Below are positions 36,571 to 49,300 of a stretch of DNA of 64,000 bases, in pieces (position 1 is the first letter of the stretch; every line of letters begins with the position of its first letter). Source of the stretch: Saccostrea echinata (lineage: Eukaryota); the NCBI RefSeq assembly GCF_033153115.1, contig NW_026889803.1, positions 59,458,001 to 59,522,000 on the forward strand. The letters run 5' to 3'. Both the position numbers and the translations under genes were made by a program. The notes under the pieces are model-generated. The model saw nothing but the letters and a program-made list of their open reading frames with translations, was not told the origin of the DNA and searched no databases.

Positions 36571-36629
36571 GGAGAAACTGCAGATTCACTGTGCTACAGC
36601 AAATTTGAGAAGTGGTGTAAATCAGATGT

Positions 36630-38225
36630 GGATTCTCAAAAAATCCAAAGAACTTTAAAAAGCCAGCTTTTAAAAAAATCTGAAACACCAAAACGTATGA
36701 CTTTTCTACACTTTATACAACCATTCCTCATAATAAATTAAAAATTAGGGTTTTTGATATTATAAACAACTGCTTCTTCAATAAAAATGAAACTCGGAAA
36801 TTTTCATATCTTGTGATCGGTCATTCACAAAATAACTTTGTTAAAAATCTTTCTTATTCTACACAAGTACTCTGAAGTCGATATCAAAAGGATGTCGGAG
36901 TTCCTCTTTCACAACATTTATGTAGTCTTTGAAGACCGGGCCTTCCAACAAATTGTTGGAATTCCGAAAGCACTAATTGTACTCCTTTATTAGCCGTTTT
37001 TATATTCATATGAGGCAGAATTTATTTAAAAATTCTACATGGGAGGAAAAAAAACACTAAGGCCTTGAACTCGACATACAGATATATCGACGAAAATTTA
37101 AATTCAAAAACTTCTACATCAGAAGAAAACACTTTCTGTGGCCTGCGACTTGACATTCAGTTATGTTGACGACGTTTTATCAATTAACAATAGTAACTTC
37201 TATTCAAATGTCGACTTGATATATCCCAGTGAACCCAAAATAAAAGACACTACAGGGTCTGCTACATCTGCTTCTTTTTTGGATGTTTTACTGACTACAG
37301 ACAATAAAGGCCAACTAAATTGTATGACAAACGAGATGACCAGCTTTACCATTACCAACTTTCCTTATTTATAGAGTAATATTCCTCTGTCACCTGCCTT
37401 TGGTGTTTACGTCTCCCAATTTATTAGACCCTCGCTCTGAAGGAGAGGAGGGTATATTTTTTGCACTTGCGTGTCTGTCTGTCCGTACGTAATAAATTTT
37501 CGTCGCAGTTTTCTCGGCAACTACTCATCGCAGATGCTTGAAATTTTAGCACAATCTTTGTTTTGGCATGCCATATTGTCGGTTTTATTTTTGTATGAAT
37601 CCGATGTTAACTTCCTGATAATCCATGCGCGTCTGTACATACCAAATTTCAGTCAGAGTTTTCTCAGCAACTACTCTGCATCTATATGCTTGAAATTTTA
37701 GCACAATTTTTGCTTAGGTATGCCATAAGGTGGAGTTATGCCATATGGTGGAATTTATTTTTGTTTGAATTCGATATCAACTTCCTGTTTATCCGTCATC
37801 TGTCCGTACCAAATTTCCGTCACAGTTTTCTCAGCAACTACTCAGTTCAGATGCTTGAAATTTTAGTATAATCTTTGTTTAGGCATGTCATATGGTGGGA
37901 TTCATTTTTGTATGAATTCGATGTCAACATGAAAAGGCATATTAATATCAGAGCGGGGATATTGCTAGTGAGCATTCGCTCACTGACTTCTTGTTTGAGC
38001 ATGCTCTGAGTACGATCATTTTTTAAACAAAAGCAGGCTACTGACAGATAAGTTGATGTTACAGGAAATAAACAACCTCGTTGAAAGTCAGAATTTCGTA
38101 AATTCTATATTAATTATAATGACCTTGTTAGCAAATGTAATCTATTTTGGTTCACGGTTTCCCTACCAATTGTTAGGCCTTTGTTTTTATACTCAACTTG
38201 AAAACGGAATATTCCGCCTACCTGA
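36630..38225 (+). mobile_element. Penelope-like RT fragment (decayed), interrupted by a HINE at ~37425-37995
   Basis: YDFSTLYTTIPH-like sequence at ~36696, YVDDVLSINN in ORF 37138-37374, SPAFGVYVSQ at ~37390; homology resumes at ~37996. Confidence 0.75.
37425..37995 (+). mobile_element. HINE-like non-autonomous Helentron
   Basis: 5' hairpin 'accctc.ctct...gagaggagggt', a (gtct/gtcc) microsatellite, three ~140-180-bp internal repeats (ttttctc.gcaactactc), and a 3' palindrome 'agtgagcattcgctcact' followed by cttgtt. Confidence 0.75.
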
Positions 38226-38327
38226 TATTATTTCGGGACCGATCAAAATTTATCAAAGCATGGGACTTGGGCAAACTAGTAAATTAATTTTAAAAACCTT
38301 GAGACCCCATGATATCATGTTTGGTAT

Positions 38328-38461
38328 TAGTCCGAAATATCTGACGTTTTCCAGGTTGTTTTTTTTTTTCACGATTTTGATATTTTACGTGCCAGGAAAA
38401 CCTGGCATGTAAAATATCAAAATAATAAGGAAGCCAGGAAAACATCAGATATTTCGGACTA
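38328..38461. mobile_element. Foldback MITE, Mutator(MULE)-like
   Basis: Near-complete 134-bp palindrome (tagtccgaaatatctga...tcagatatttcggacta) flanked by a perfect 9-bp TSD GTTTGGTAT (38319-38327, 38462-38470). Confidence 0.8.
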
Positions 38462-39389
38462 GTTTGGTATAAATCCTGTATCTTACCCCGTCTATATCCT
38501 TTACAGTTTATATCATTATATTATATATTGTACATGTTGGATGTTAATCTCATCATTATAATTATGTATTAAAATGTTTGATTGTAAATATTGTCCATGA
38601 GATGTATGTCTCCTGACTTTAAAAAACTGGAACTGAACTGAATTCTTTGCAGTTCTCTGTAAAATAATGTTTGTAAACAAACATTGTAAATTTAGTAATT
38701 GTTCGGACTGTTTATGGTGACAATGCTACGGAAGCGCGATCTCCCTTGCAGAGTTGTCGTTCGTTTCTCTCTCAGACACCTCTGCGATGGGCTCACGTCA
38801 AGATTTTTGACATAACGTAAAAAACATGACATTCCAAGGTTTATTTCAAATTAAACCAATAGTTCTAGATATACTAAGTAAACATCTACCTTAAAAGAGA
38901 AACATTAGTGCAAGCATTTAATTATAATAAATTTTAACAAACGCACTATTTCTCGTGCTTATCACTGTGATATACGCGAGCCAACGACAGAGGTGAATGT
39001 ATGAGCCAATGGTAGAGAGTGAATGCATGAGCCAATGGTAGAGAGTGACGGAAGCGTATTAGGGCCGCAGCAGTATCTCTTATTAATTTGTTTCAACATA
39101 TTTATAATTACTAAATTGTTATAAAAAATCAACAGTTTATTCATCTACTCTAGCTAGGTCACATTTTCTTTAAATTAAGTTATAATATTATACTTTTTAT
39201 TGTAATTTAATTAAAATAATTCGAATTTCTTCCCTTGTCAAAACTCTTTTGGAAAAGAGAGTAGAAAAAGTACGGAATAAGGACACAGCTCATGACCCTT
39301 ATGCACACCACATTCAGAAATTGAACAGTTTTGGGTCTCAAGACTGAGGTAAAATATATAGCTATGACGAACAACTGCAGATCTAGAAT

Positions 39390-40464
39390 AACTAGTTATA
39401 ATTGTAACGGGGACCGTTACAGATGTTCCCCAAACGCTCCCCAACACCCTTTTGGTGTCTTATTTCCTGTAAGCTTCATTAAATAAGGCAATGAAGTATA
39501 TTATTGTTTTTTGCATTTCACGCGCGCGCACGTGCATGCATGTGCAGGATGACCATGTCATCTCATCTATACTATTAATGCATCTTTATATTCTCAGTTT
39601 CAAAACATTTCATCAAAAAATAAATAAGTTCCGGCTATATCAAGTATATTGGTCATCTTAGCATTGCACGCATGCGCACCTGCATGCATGTTCCTAATGA
39701 CCATGCCATTTTGTCTACACTTATAATATGTCTGTTTATTCTTAGTATCAAAGCTTTTCATAAAAAAATATGAAAGTTATGGCTATATAAATAGTATATT
39801 GGTCATTTTACGCATTGCACGCGCGCGCATGTGCATTCATGAGCATGATGTCCACATCATCTTGTCTACACTTTTAATATATCTGTATATTCTTAATATC
39901 AAAGCTTTTCATAAAAAATATAAAAATTACGGCTATATTAAGTATATTGGTCATTTAACACATTGCACGCGCGCGCACGTGCATGCATATGCATGCATGC
40001 ATGCATGTGCATGATGACCATGTCATCTTGTCTACACTTTTGACATATATAAATATTTTGAGTATCAAAGCATTTCATCAAAAAGAAAAAAATTACGAGT
40101 ATATCAAGTATATTTGTCATTTTACGCTTTGTGCGTGCGCACACGTGCATGCATGCGCATGTTGACCATATCATCTTGTTTACACTTTTAATATATCCTT
40201 ATATTCTGAGTATCAAAGCATTTCATCAAAAAATATAAAAGTTACAGCTATATCAAGTATATTGGTCATTTTACGCATTGCACGCGCAAGCACGTGCATG
40301 CACGTGCGCGCAAAATGACCTTGATTCCGCAAATCTACATAACATGCCTATTAACCCTAAAAAGGTTTTACCTCAATCGGATGACTAGTTGACGAGATCA
40401 CTCGCGGACAAAAAAGTACCCAGGAAGAAGAAGAAGAAGAAAAATAATAATAATAACTAGATGA

Positions 40465-40503
<39 letters not shown>

Positions 40504-43185
40504 TTTCGATGAGATGGATGTAATTTTGATTAAGTTTTTGTTAAAAGATAATGATATAAAGATTTCCCTCCTTAAATTTCATTCTTTTTATTTATATAAC
40601 ATAAACTTGAACATCTTTCGTTCAATATTGCTTTTCAAATTGTTTCCCCATTTCGAGATATGAAGCATAAGAGATTTAACATTCTGGCCACTTATGGCCC
40701 CTAATTACGCAATAGAGAATAAAATTTTACAAGATATTGTTACGTTAAGCATTTTTGCTTCAGTAAATTATAACAAATTCTTGATCATTGAAGAATTACA
40801 TTTTGTCGTTTGGCCCATCTAAGCCCCTAATTTGAAGGGTCAGTCCCTTTTTCTTGATATCAAATGAAAAGATTTGTGATTTTAAACATTTTTTGTTCAA
40901 CAACTATTCAGAAGTTTCTTCTCGTTTTCGAGATATGTGGAATAGAAATATTTAGGGGCCAACCCTTAAAGCCCTTAATGGGTCCGTTTTGCAAAAATTG
41001 AAAGAATGAATATTGTTCAGAACATTATACTGAACATCTTTTGTTCAAAATTGCTTATAAAAATATCTCCCCTTGTTTAGATGTAAAGAGTCAAATATAT
41101 AGCATTCTTGCCCCTTTTGGCCCCTTATTACCCAACATATGATCTTAATTTTATAAAATGTAGTTGCAAATCGTTAAGATGAGCATTTTTGCTTCAGTAC
41201 TTGATAACAAAATATTGATCGATCAAGAGTTATACATAAAAGACTTTTGGCCCCTCTGAGCCCCTAATTTGAGGGATCAGCCCTTTTTTCTTGATATCAA
41301 ATGAAAGTTCTTATGATTTTGAAGACTTTTTGTTCAACAATTATTCAGAAATTTATTTTCGTTTTCGAGATATGCTGAATTGAAACATTTAGGGGCCAGC
41401 CCTTGAAGTCCTTAATGGGGCCGTTCTGCAAAAAATGAAAGATTGGATATTGCTTAGAACATTTTTTTGAACAATTTTTGTTCAATATTGCTTTTCAAAA
41501 TATTTCCCCTTTTTGAAATATAAAGTGCCAAATATTTAGCCTTCTGGACCCTTTTTGTCCCTTATTACGTAACATATGATCAAAATTTTAAAACATTTAG
41601 TTGCAAATTGTTAAGATGAGCATTTTTGCTTCAGTAATTGATAACAAAATATTGATCGATCAAGAGTTATACATAAAAAACCTTTGGCCCCTCTGAGCCC
41701 CTAATTTGAGGGATCAGCCCTTTTTTCTTGATATCAAGTGAAAGGTCTTGTCATTTTGAAGACTTTTTGTTCAACAACTATTCAGAAATTTATTTTCGTT
41801 TTCGAGATATGCTGAATTGAAATATTAAGGGGCCAGCCCTTCAAGTCCTTAATGGGGCTGTTTTGCAAAATTTGAAAGGTTGCATATTGTTTAGAACATT
41901 ATTCTTAACATCTTTTGTTCACTATTGCTTATCAAAATATTCCCCCTTTATGAGATATAAAGCATCGAAGATTTAGCATTCTGGCCCCTTTTGGCCCCTT
42001 ATTACGTAACATATTATCAAAATTTTAAAACATAAAGTAGCAAATCGTTAAGATAAGCATCTTTGCTTAGTAATGTATTACAAAATATTGATCGTTCAAG
42101 AGCTATATGTAAAAGACTTTTGGTCCCTCTGAGCCCCTAATTTGAAGGACCAGCCCTTTTTTCTTGATATCAAATGAAAGGTCTTGTCATTTTGAAGATT
42201 TTTTGTTCAACAACTATTCAGAAATTTATTTTCGTTTTCGAGATATGCTGAATTGAAATATTTAGGGGCCAGCCCTTCAAGTCCTTAATGGGGCCGTTTT
42301 GCAAAAATTGAAAGGTTGCATATAGTTTAAACCAATATTCTGACCATCTTTTGTTCAGTATTGCTTATCAAAATATTCTCTCTTTTCGAGATAGAAAGCG
42401 TCAAAGATTTAGCATTCTGGCCCCTTCTGGCCCCTTATTACGTAATATATGATAAAAATTTTAAAACATATAGTTGCAAATCGTAAAGATGAACACTTTT
42501 GCTTCAGTAATTTATAACAAAATTTTGATCGTTCAAAAGTTATATATGAAAGAATTTTGGCCCCTCTGAGCCCCTAATTTGAGGGATCAGCCCCTTTTTC
42601 TTGATATCAAATGAAACGTCTTGTCATTTTGTGCATCTTTTGTAATATATGTTTTAACAAAATATTTACAGGTAAAAAGATATAAAAGAAAACGTGTCAA
42701 ATTTTGCGAGATGCTTGTGAGCCTATTTTTCGAGCCCAGGCGAGCTTCAGCGTCTTTTGAGCTGGAAACATATAGATGCGAAATGGCACATCTACAATCT
42801 TTCCTCTATCATCACTGAAAATCTTATCCCTTTATCTCTATTCGTTTAGGAGAACACCCCAGGACAAGCCGACCCTCTGAAAATCAGAAAATCGTCCATA
42901 TCTCACGACCGGAAGTGACGTCATCAAAAAACAAAAAAACCTATCAAGATCAGTTGATTATCTTTCACATCTGAAAGTTTGATGTAAATCGGCCAAGCCG
43001 TTTCTGAGAAATCGCGTGCACAAAATCGGTTGGAAGAAAAATAATAATAATAATAATAATAATAATAAGAATAGGGAAAAAGAAACCGAACGAAAACAAT
43101 AAGGTCTTCCGTTGGAGACGGAAGACCTTAATAAGAAACAGAGTAAAAACAATATGTTCCCCAACTTCGTTTGGGGAACATAATT
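39390..43185 (-). mobile_element. Outer HINE-like element with ~150-bp internal repeats (39520-40320), split by a nested HINE
   Basis: Palindrome plus subTIR 'atgttcccca' at ~39404-39431 matches the terminal hairpin 'tatgttcccca...tggggaacata' at 43153-43182. (aag/aat)n microsatellite at 40423-40455. Confidence 0.7.
40455..43132 (-). mobile_element. Inner HINE-like element with a ~437-bp tandem satellite (about 4.7 copies)
   Basis: Palindrome ctcgttgcgagcaacgag plus subTIR 'aggtcttccg' at 40468-40496, and terminal hairpin taaggtcttccg-ttggaga-cggaagacctta at 43100-43130. The marker 'gcccctaatttga' recurs at ~40822, 41259, 41696, 42132 and 42569. Confidence 0.8.
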
Positions 43186-43798
43186 AGGACAGGATCAAGT
43201 AGTAATGGTTCTATATAGAAGTGAATATCACATGTTTGGCCAAACACAGACAAATATAAAATCTCAATATATTGTTAATTGTATCATGTCTGAACCAAGC
43301 TACTGTTGTTAGAATATAGATAATATCAAGATTGAATTTATTTTAAGTTATAACGACATTGTTCATACACTTATTGCATAAACTTTACTGGGTTCCAAGC
43401 CTTCCGGTTTTCATGGTGCGGCTTCCAGATCGTACGTAAGAAAGCGGCTCATTACTTTTAGGCTGGTCATTAAAAACTCTAACCTACACCTTTTTATTAT
43501 CATTCCTACATTAGCAGTGTTCGACCCTTACGTTGGCCCAAGATCGATACATTCAAAATTTATTCAAGCCTTTGTGGCTGTAAATGCAGTTTATAAGACC
43601 AAGAATTTCAGTAATTATAGCCCAGGTAAAAAAGTGAAATAAAAAGAAATGAATTATAAATAGGATGGACAAAATTTGTTTGAAAGAATCTATCTGTACA
43701 TTTAAGGTGCGACTGTCTTGCCGATGATTTTTTATGATTCAACTATTTTCCGTAAGAAAGAAGATAGATACATGTAATTTCCTGCTACACAATCGCTG

Positions 43799-43945
43799 NN
43801 NNNNNNNNNNNNNNNNNNNNNNNNNNNNNNNNNNNNNNNNNNNNNNNNNNNNNNNNNNNNNNNNNNNNNNNNNNNNNNNNNNNNNNNNNNNNNNNNNNNN
43901 NNNNNNNNNNNNNNNNNNNNNNNNNNNNNNNNNNNNNNNNNNNNN
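43799..43945. other. Assembly gap (147 N)
   Basis: Run of N. Confidence 1.
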
Positions 43946-44871
43946 ACAAGCAAAAAGAAAAAAGGTCATCAAACGTTTTTATTGGGGGCACAAGCATATA
44001 GTATCTATGTCTTCTATAGTACTCTATGAATATCGGCAAAATTATTGGGGGCACCCCCCCCCCCCCCACTGTGTCCCCCTGGTTCCTACGGACATGCTTG
44101 CGGATCAATTTCGTCAATTCAGAAAGATAAAAAGCAACTGATGTTTAAAATAAACAAGTTTCACATATCATACAGAACTAGATAGAAAGTGTGCAATAGA
44201 AAAATGCAAAAAAAATCCTTTGATGAATTACATTTTATCTTGTCACCAGAAGGACAGAAAAATCTGGTACAGGACCGGTAACTTTGTATATGTATATGGT
44301 TATCGTTCCCGTGGACCGGTGAGTTGAAATGCTAAGCTGCGAACACTGTACATTAGTTTTCTTAAAACTCTGTTCTTTAGTTACACTGCAAAATAAGTAC
44401 ACTGTAAATAATTTATTTAATTACTTTATCTTTGTCTAGAATAAAATTAAACATTCTTTGATCCATTTTAAAGCATTAGTATGACATCATCTTCTGTTCT
44501 TTTAATACTGTCTATTTCTGGAAAGGCCCAAGACAGTCCAGTATGTTACATGTAACTGAAGCAATGAATCCAACTTGTTCACGTCGTAATCCAAGTCAAA
44601 GAAACAAACACTGAAACGGCCCTCCAAAAGGTCTTCTCACAAATTGGACAGTTTTTGGCCTATTACCTTCACATGTGCAATCATTTATTCCACTTTACAT
44701 TTAAGGACAGATCACTCTAACTGTATAAAACTACCCTACAATCAAAACTCTTTAATGTGTAATATTTAGAGCTTCCTTAATCGTTTCACTAGACTAGGTC
44801 TTTTTTTCAAATCTAAGTGGTTAAATACCCACGCATATTAGAATTCCTATGCATTTCTTTTTCTAGGAAAC

Positions 44872-46322
44872 ATGTCACGAAGAGGCAGAGAAAATGAGGA
44901 AAGCCCAGAAGTTCCTCCTAAGAGGCATAGATACAACTTAAGGTAAGAAATCTGATTATTTTAGGACTTAAATTTTTAAAAATAAAAAAGAACAATTTTT
45001 GTGTGCCATATAGGTCCCATACTCAGTATTCGCTACTTAGCTAAACCAAATGTGTCTCAACAAGGAAATCTTCATTTCAGGCCCGTAGTAACAGTTTCAA
45101 AAGGGGGGGGGGGGGCAACTTCCCAAGAAAATCTGACAAGCGAAAAAAATATGGTTGTAATATTTTTTTTTACATTTTTTTTTTATCGATTTTTAATTTG
45201 AAATGAAAACTGTTAGATAATATACATGTCAGTTCTATCTATACAGAAATGTGTTGCTCCAATGTTTAGTAAATGCTTATTGTTTAATATTTTCACATCA
45301 CATAACAGGTCCACCTGCTGACACAATAACATAAAGGTAGTGCATGTAATTACTCTGGTCCAATACGAAAGGATGCTATATATATTTATAATCCTCATTT
45401 AAATCAGATTAAGGTCTCGCTCATTTAGTTGCATTTGTAATTTTACATACATGTACACAAAGATGGACTAAATTGATTGTAGAAAATGTTGTTTATCGGT
45501 AGGAGTATAAAGAAATAATACAAGTCCTTAACAAAATAAATCAGTTTCTCCCCCTCTCTCTTTCTCTCTCTCTCTCATTGTAGGGGAACCCAGTAAGATT
45601 GATATTTCAGAACATTTAAAATTTGCTCTGACAGACTTTTATAATACCAAAAGTCACGCTACTCGAACCTTTGACACTGCTTTATATTTCTCTCTTTACC
45701 ACGAACAAAAAGAAAGAATGGTATTCAGTAAAATATTGACATGCCTTTCCTATTATTAAAGCTGTCATACACTGCATGTATACCATTCTAACTGATAACA
45801 ATTATACAACAATTGCCACAACAAGATTTTGTAAAGATGCAGACTTTAAAAAAAAAAAAAAAAGATATGTTATACATATGTTCAATGTTGTTCATGACTC
45901 GAATTACAGCTTTTGAGCTCAAATTATCTCCATAATGACATTTGTTACTCTTTTTAATTATTGAAATATCCGATATTGACATGCCTTTCCTATTATAAAA
46001 GCTGTCATACACAGGATGATTACTAATCTAAACTGATAACAATATTACACTGAAATTAACACTGCAAAATTTTGAAAGGTGCAGAGGGCCTTTTTTTGAA
46101 TTCATACAATAACTGCATTTCTTTCAATTACGATGCACACAACTGAATGAGTGCGACATTTGGCTTTCTTTCAATATTTCGGTAGGGAATTAATTTCAAT
46201 TCCACCACAAGCTAAAAATAAAGTAAATATTGAGTTCCATGCATTTAACAAGAAATACGCATGTGAAATATGAAGGCCCTAGCATAACCGTTCAAAAGAT
46301 AGGGGCAAGATTTAAGTTTTTC

Positions 46323-46353
<31 letters not shown>

Positions 46354-49300
46354 GAGGATCAAAGTTGTTGGTATCAACGGAAGGCCTTGTCACAAGGATT
46401 ACATATGTGAGGTGTGAAAGCCCTAGCACCAACCATTCAAAAGTTATGACCAAGGTTAAAGTTTTTCAAAAGAAGGTCAAAATCAAGGTCAAAAGGACAA
46501 AGTTGTTGGTATCCAAAGGAAGGTCTTGTCACAAGGATTACACATGTGAAGTTTGAAAGCCCTAGCACCAACTGTTCAAAAGTAATGGCCAAAGTTAAAG
46601 TTTTTCAAAAGTAAGTCAAACTCATAGGTCAAGGTCAAAAGGTCAAAGTTGTTGATATCCAAAGAAAGGTCTTGTCACAAGAATTACACATGGGAAGTAT
46701 GAAAGCAATAGCACCAACTGTTCAAAAGTAATGGCCAAGGTTAAAGTTGGGTAAAATTATGTAAAACTGGGTCAAACTCCAAGGTCAAAAATGATGGTTC
46801 CCAAAGAAAGGTCTTGTCACAAAGAATACACATGTGAAATATGAAAGTTATAGCTTCAACCAATCAAAATTTTTGAGCAGTGTTAAAGTTTTTGCGGACA
46901 AACAGACAAACGGACGGACAAACAGACAGACGGACGGGCAAGGCAAAAACTATATACCTCCCGAATCTTCGATACGGTAACATAAAAATTTAAATGAAAA
47001 ATAAATCAACCGTAGATGTTTACAAACATACACTGTACTTACATTTTATGCAACCATAGGCATGAACTTGGAGAGTACACCTTGGAAAATTACCAGAAAA
47101 TATTGTCGTAGGAAAAAGCACCCAATCAGAATCGTCCTAGGTGTTTCATAGCGTAATTAACACAAACACACATATACACAAACAATAAAAAAACTGCGCA
47201 GGAGTGATGAAACTGTTGATAATGAGAAAAATTCATATTTAAAAAACACTAATAACTTAATTTTTATGCACAAAGAAGAATTTTGTAATAGTATGCACCA
47301 TGGTAAATATGATAATATATAATCATAATATGATGGTATTTAAGTTTTCGTCATTTAATAATTGACAGGAGCCGAGCAAGGAAAGCTCTGGGAGAGCAGG
47401 AAGAGGGGAGGATAAATACCCTATCTGATGAGGATCTGAGGTCCAGGAGCACGATCCTTAAACCGACAGAAAAAAGTGAGCATATAGTCCCAAGCAGTAG
47501 TAATTATTCTTCATGTCTAATTAATTATTTTATTAGTCTGTTTTCCCCCACGTGTACACAGGATAAGTAAGCACTTCGTTTGTAGTATGGGACAAATGAC
47601 AAAATGTAAATCTATCCTAAAAAAATCCTTTGATACACCACGTACTATCAATTTACAAATATGCTCAATATTTACACCTTTATACAATATAATTTTCTCT
47701 ATGTGGTAAAACATTTTGATTTAGTGTATAGAGGGTCTTTTTAAATTCAATACATGTGGTCTCTCCTGACCAATTCAAAAGTTGTAAGAACCAGTTTCGA
47801 CCAACCCCACCGGCACCCCAACCACCACCACAAAAAGGTGCATTGATTAATTTCAAAATAGTCATTACCGCTATATACTTATTATTTCTACAAAAAAGTA
47901 TTCATTATAGTATTTCTATAAAATTGTGTCTTTAAATGTCTTTTAAAAATGTCCAGGGACTAGGCCTGTTTTTAATGTCATTAGGAAGGTCGTTCCACAA
48001 AAACGCTGCTGCCCAGCTGAGCCGACGTTCACCATATGTCTTTGTCTTGATTTTTAGAATAACTAACCGCGATGTTGACTCAGATCGCAGTGATCTGGCG
48101 GGCTTGTATTCAATTATAAGATCCTCGATATAAGATGGAGCTAACCTGTGTATTGATTGGTAGACATATGTCAAGATTTTATATTGTGGCCGAAAATAAA
48201 CGGGTAGCCAATGAAGATCTGCTAAAATAGGAGTAATGTGCTCCCTTTTCAGCGATCTTGTTACTAGACGAGCTGCAGTGTTCTGGACTCTTTGCATCCG
48301 TTCTAGTGTGTCCTTTGAAACTCCATATAATAGGCAGTTCTCATAGTCCAATCTGGCAGTGATTACGGCGTTCAACATGGTCTTACGGCTTCTTTTGTAA
48401 GAAAGCCCCGTATATGTCCTATATTGCATATTTGGAAATAGCATGACTTGACGACCGAGGATACCTGTTTTTCCATAGCAAGGTGTTGATCGAAAATGAC
48501 ACCTAGGTTTTTCACACGTGGCACGCTTTCAATGATATTATCATCAACTTTAAGTTGTAATTTTGGTAGATGCTTCTGATGCGGCCTTGTGGTGAAGATT
48601 ATTAGCTCGGTCTTATCTTGGTTCAGTTTGAGTAGGGTTGATATCATCCATGAACCAATGTCGCTAAGGCACGCTTCAAGTCGAGAGAAATAATTGTTCC
48701 AATTTTCTAGTGGTCAAATAATCATGTAGATTTGTGTATCATCTGCATAGCAGTAATACATTATTCTATGTCGACGGCATATGGTTCCTATTGGTTTGGA
48801 GAAAAGGCATTACAGTTTCGGCCCGAGTACAGATCCTTGAGGGACACCAAAAGGCAGCTGTTATGAATTTGATCGGACAGATCTAATTGTGACACACTGT
48901 TTCCTGTTCTTGAGGTAAGACTTTATCCACTCAAGAGCACTATCACTGAATCCATAAGATACAGTAAGGAGTTGTAACAGTATCTTATGATCAATGGCAT
49001 CAAAAGCAGCGGATAAATCCAGAAGGACAAGGACTAAAGATTGTTGGTCAAGAGCTGTCACAATATCATTGTGGTCCTTAATGAGGCCGTTTCCGTGGAG
49101 TGCCTGAGACGATATGCCGACTGAAGTGGGTCGCGAAGAGAATTCGCATCCAAGTGGGCATCAATCCTACGTGCCACAACTTTCTCCAGTATTTTTAAAA
49201 CAAAAGTCAAGTTTGATACGGGTCGATAGTTTTTCATCACTTCCTTATTAAGTCCGGGTTTTTAAGAAGTGGACGAACTAAGGCTTCCTTCCAAGCTGAC

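Noticed and set aside
38975-39060. Tandem 'gagccaatggtagagagtga' CCAAT-like boxes as a promoter
   Set aside because: No adjacent gene start; lies among transposon fragments and cannot be supported as regulatory.
43732-44141. ORFs spanning X residues
   Set aside because: Artefacts of the N gap.
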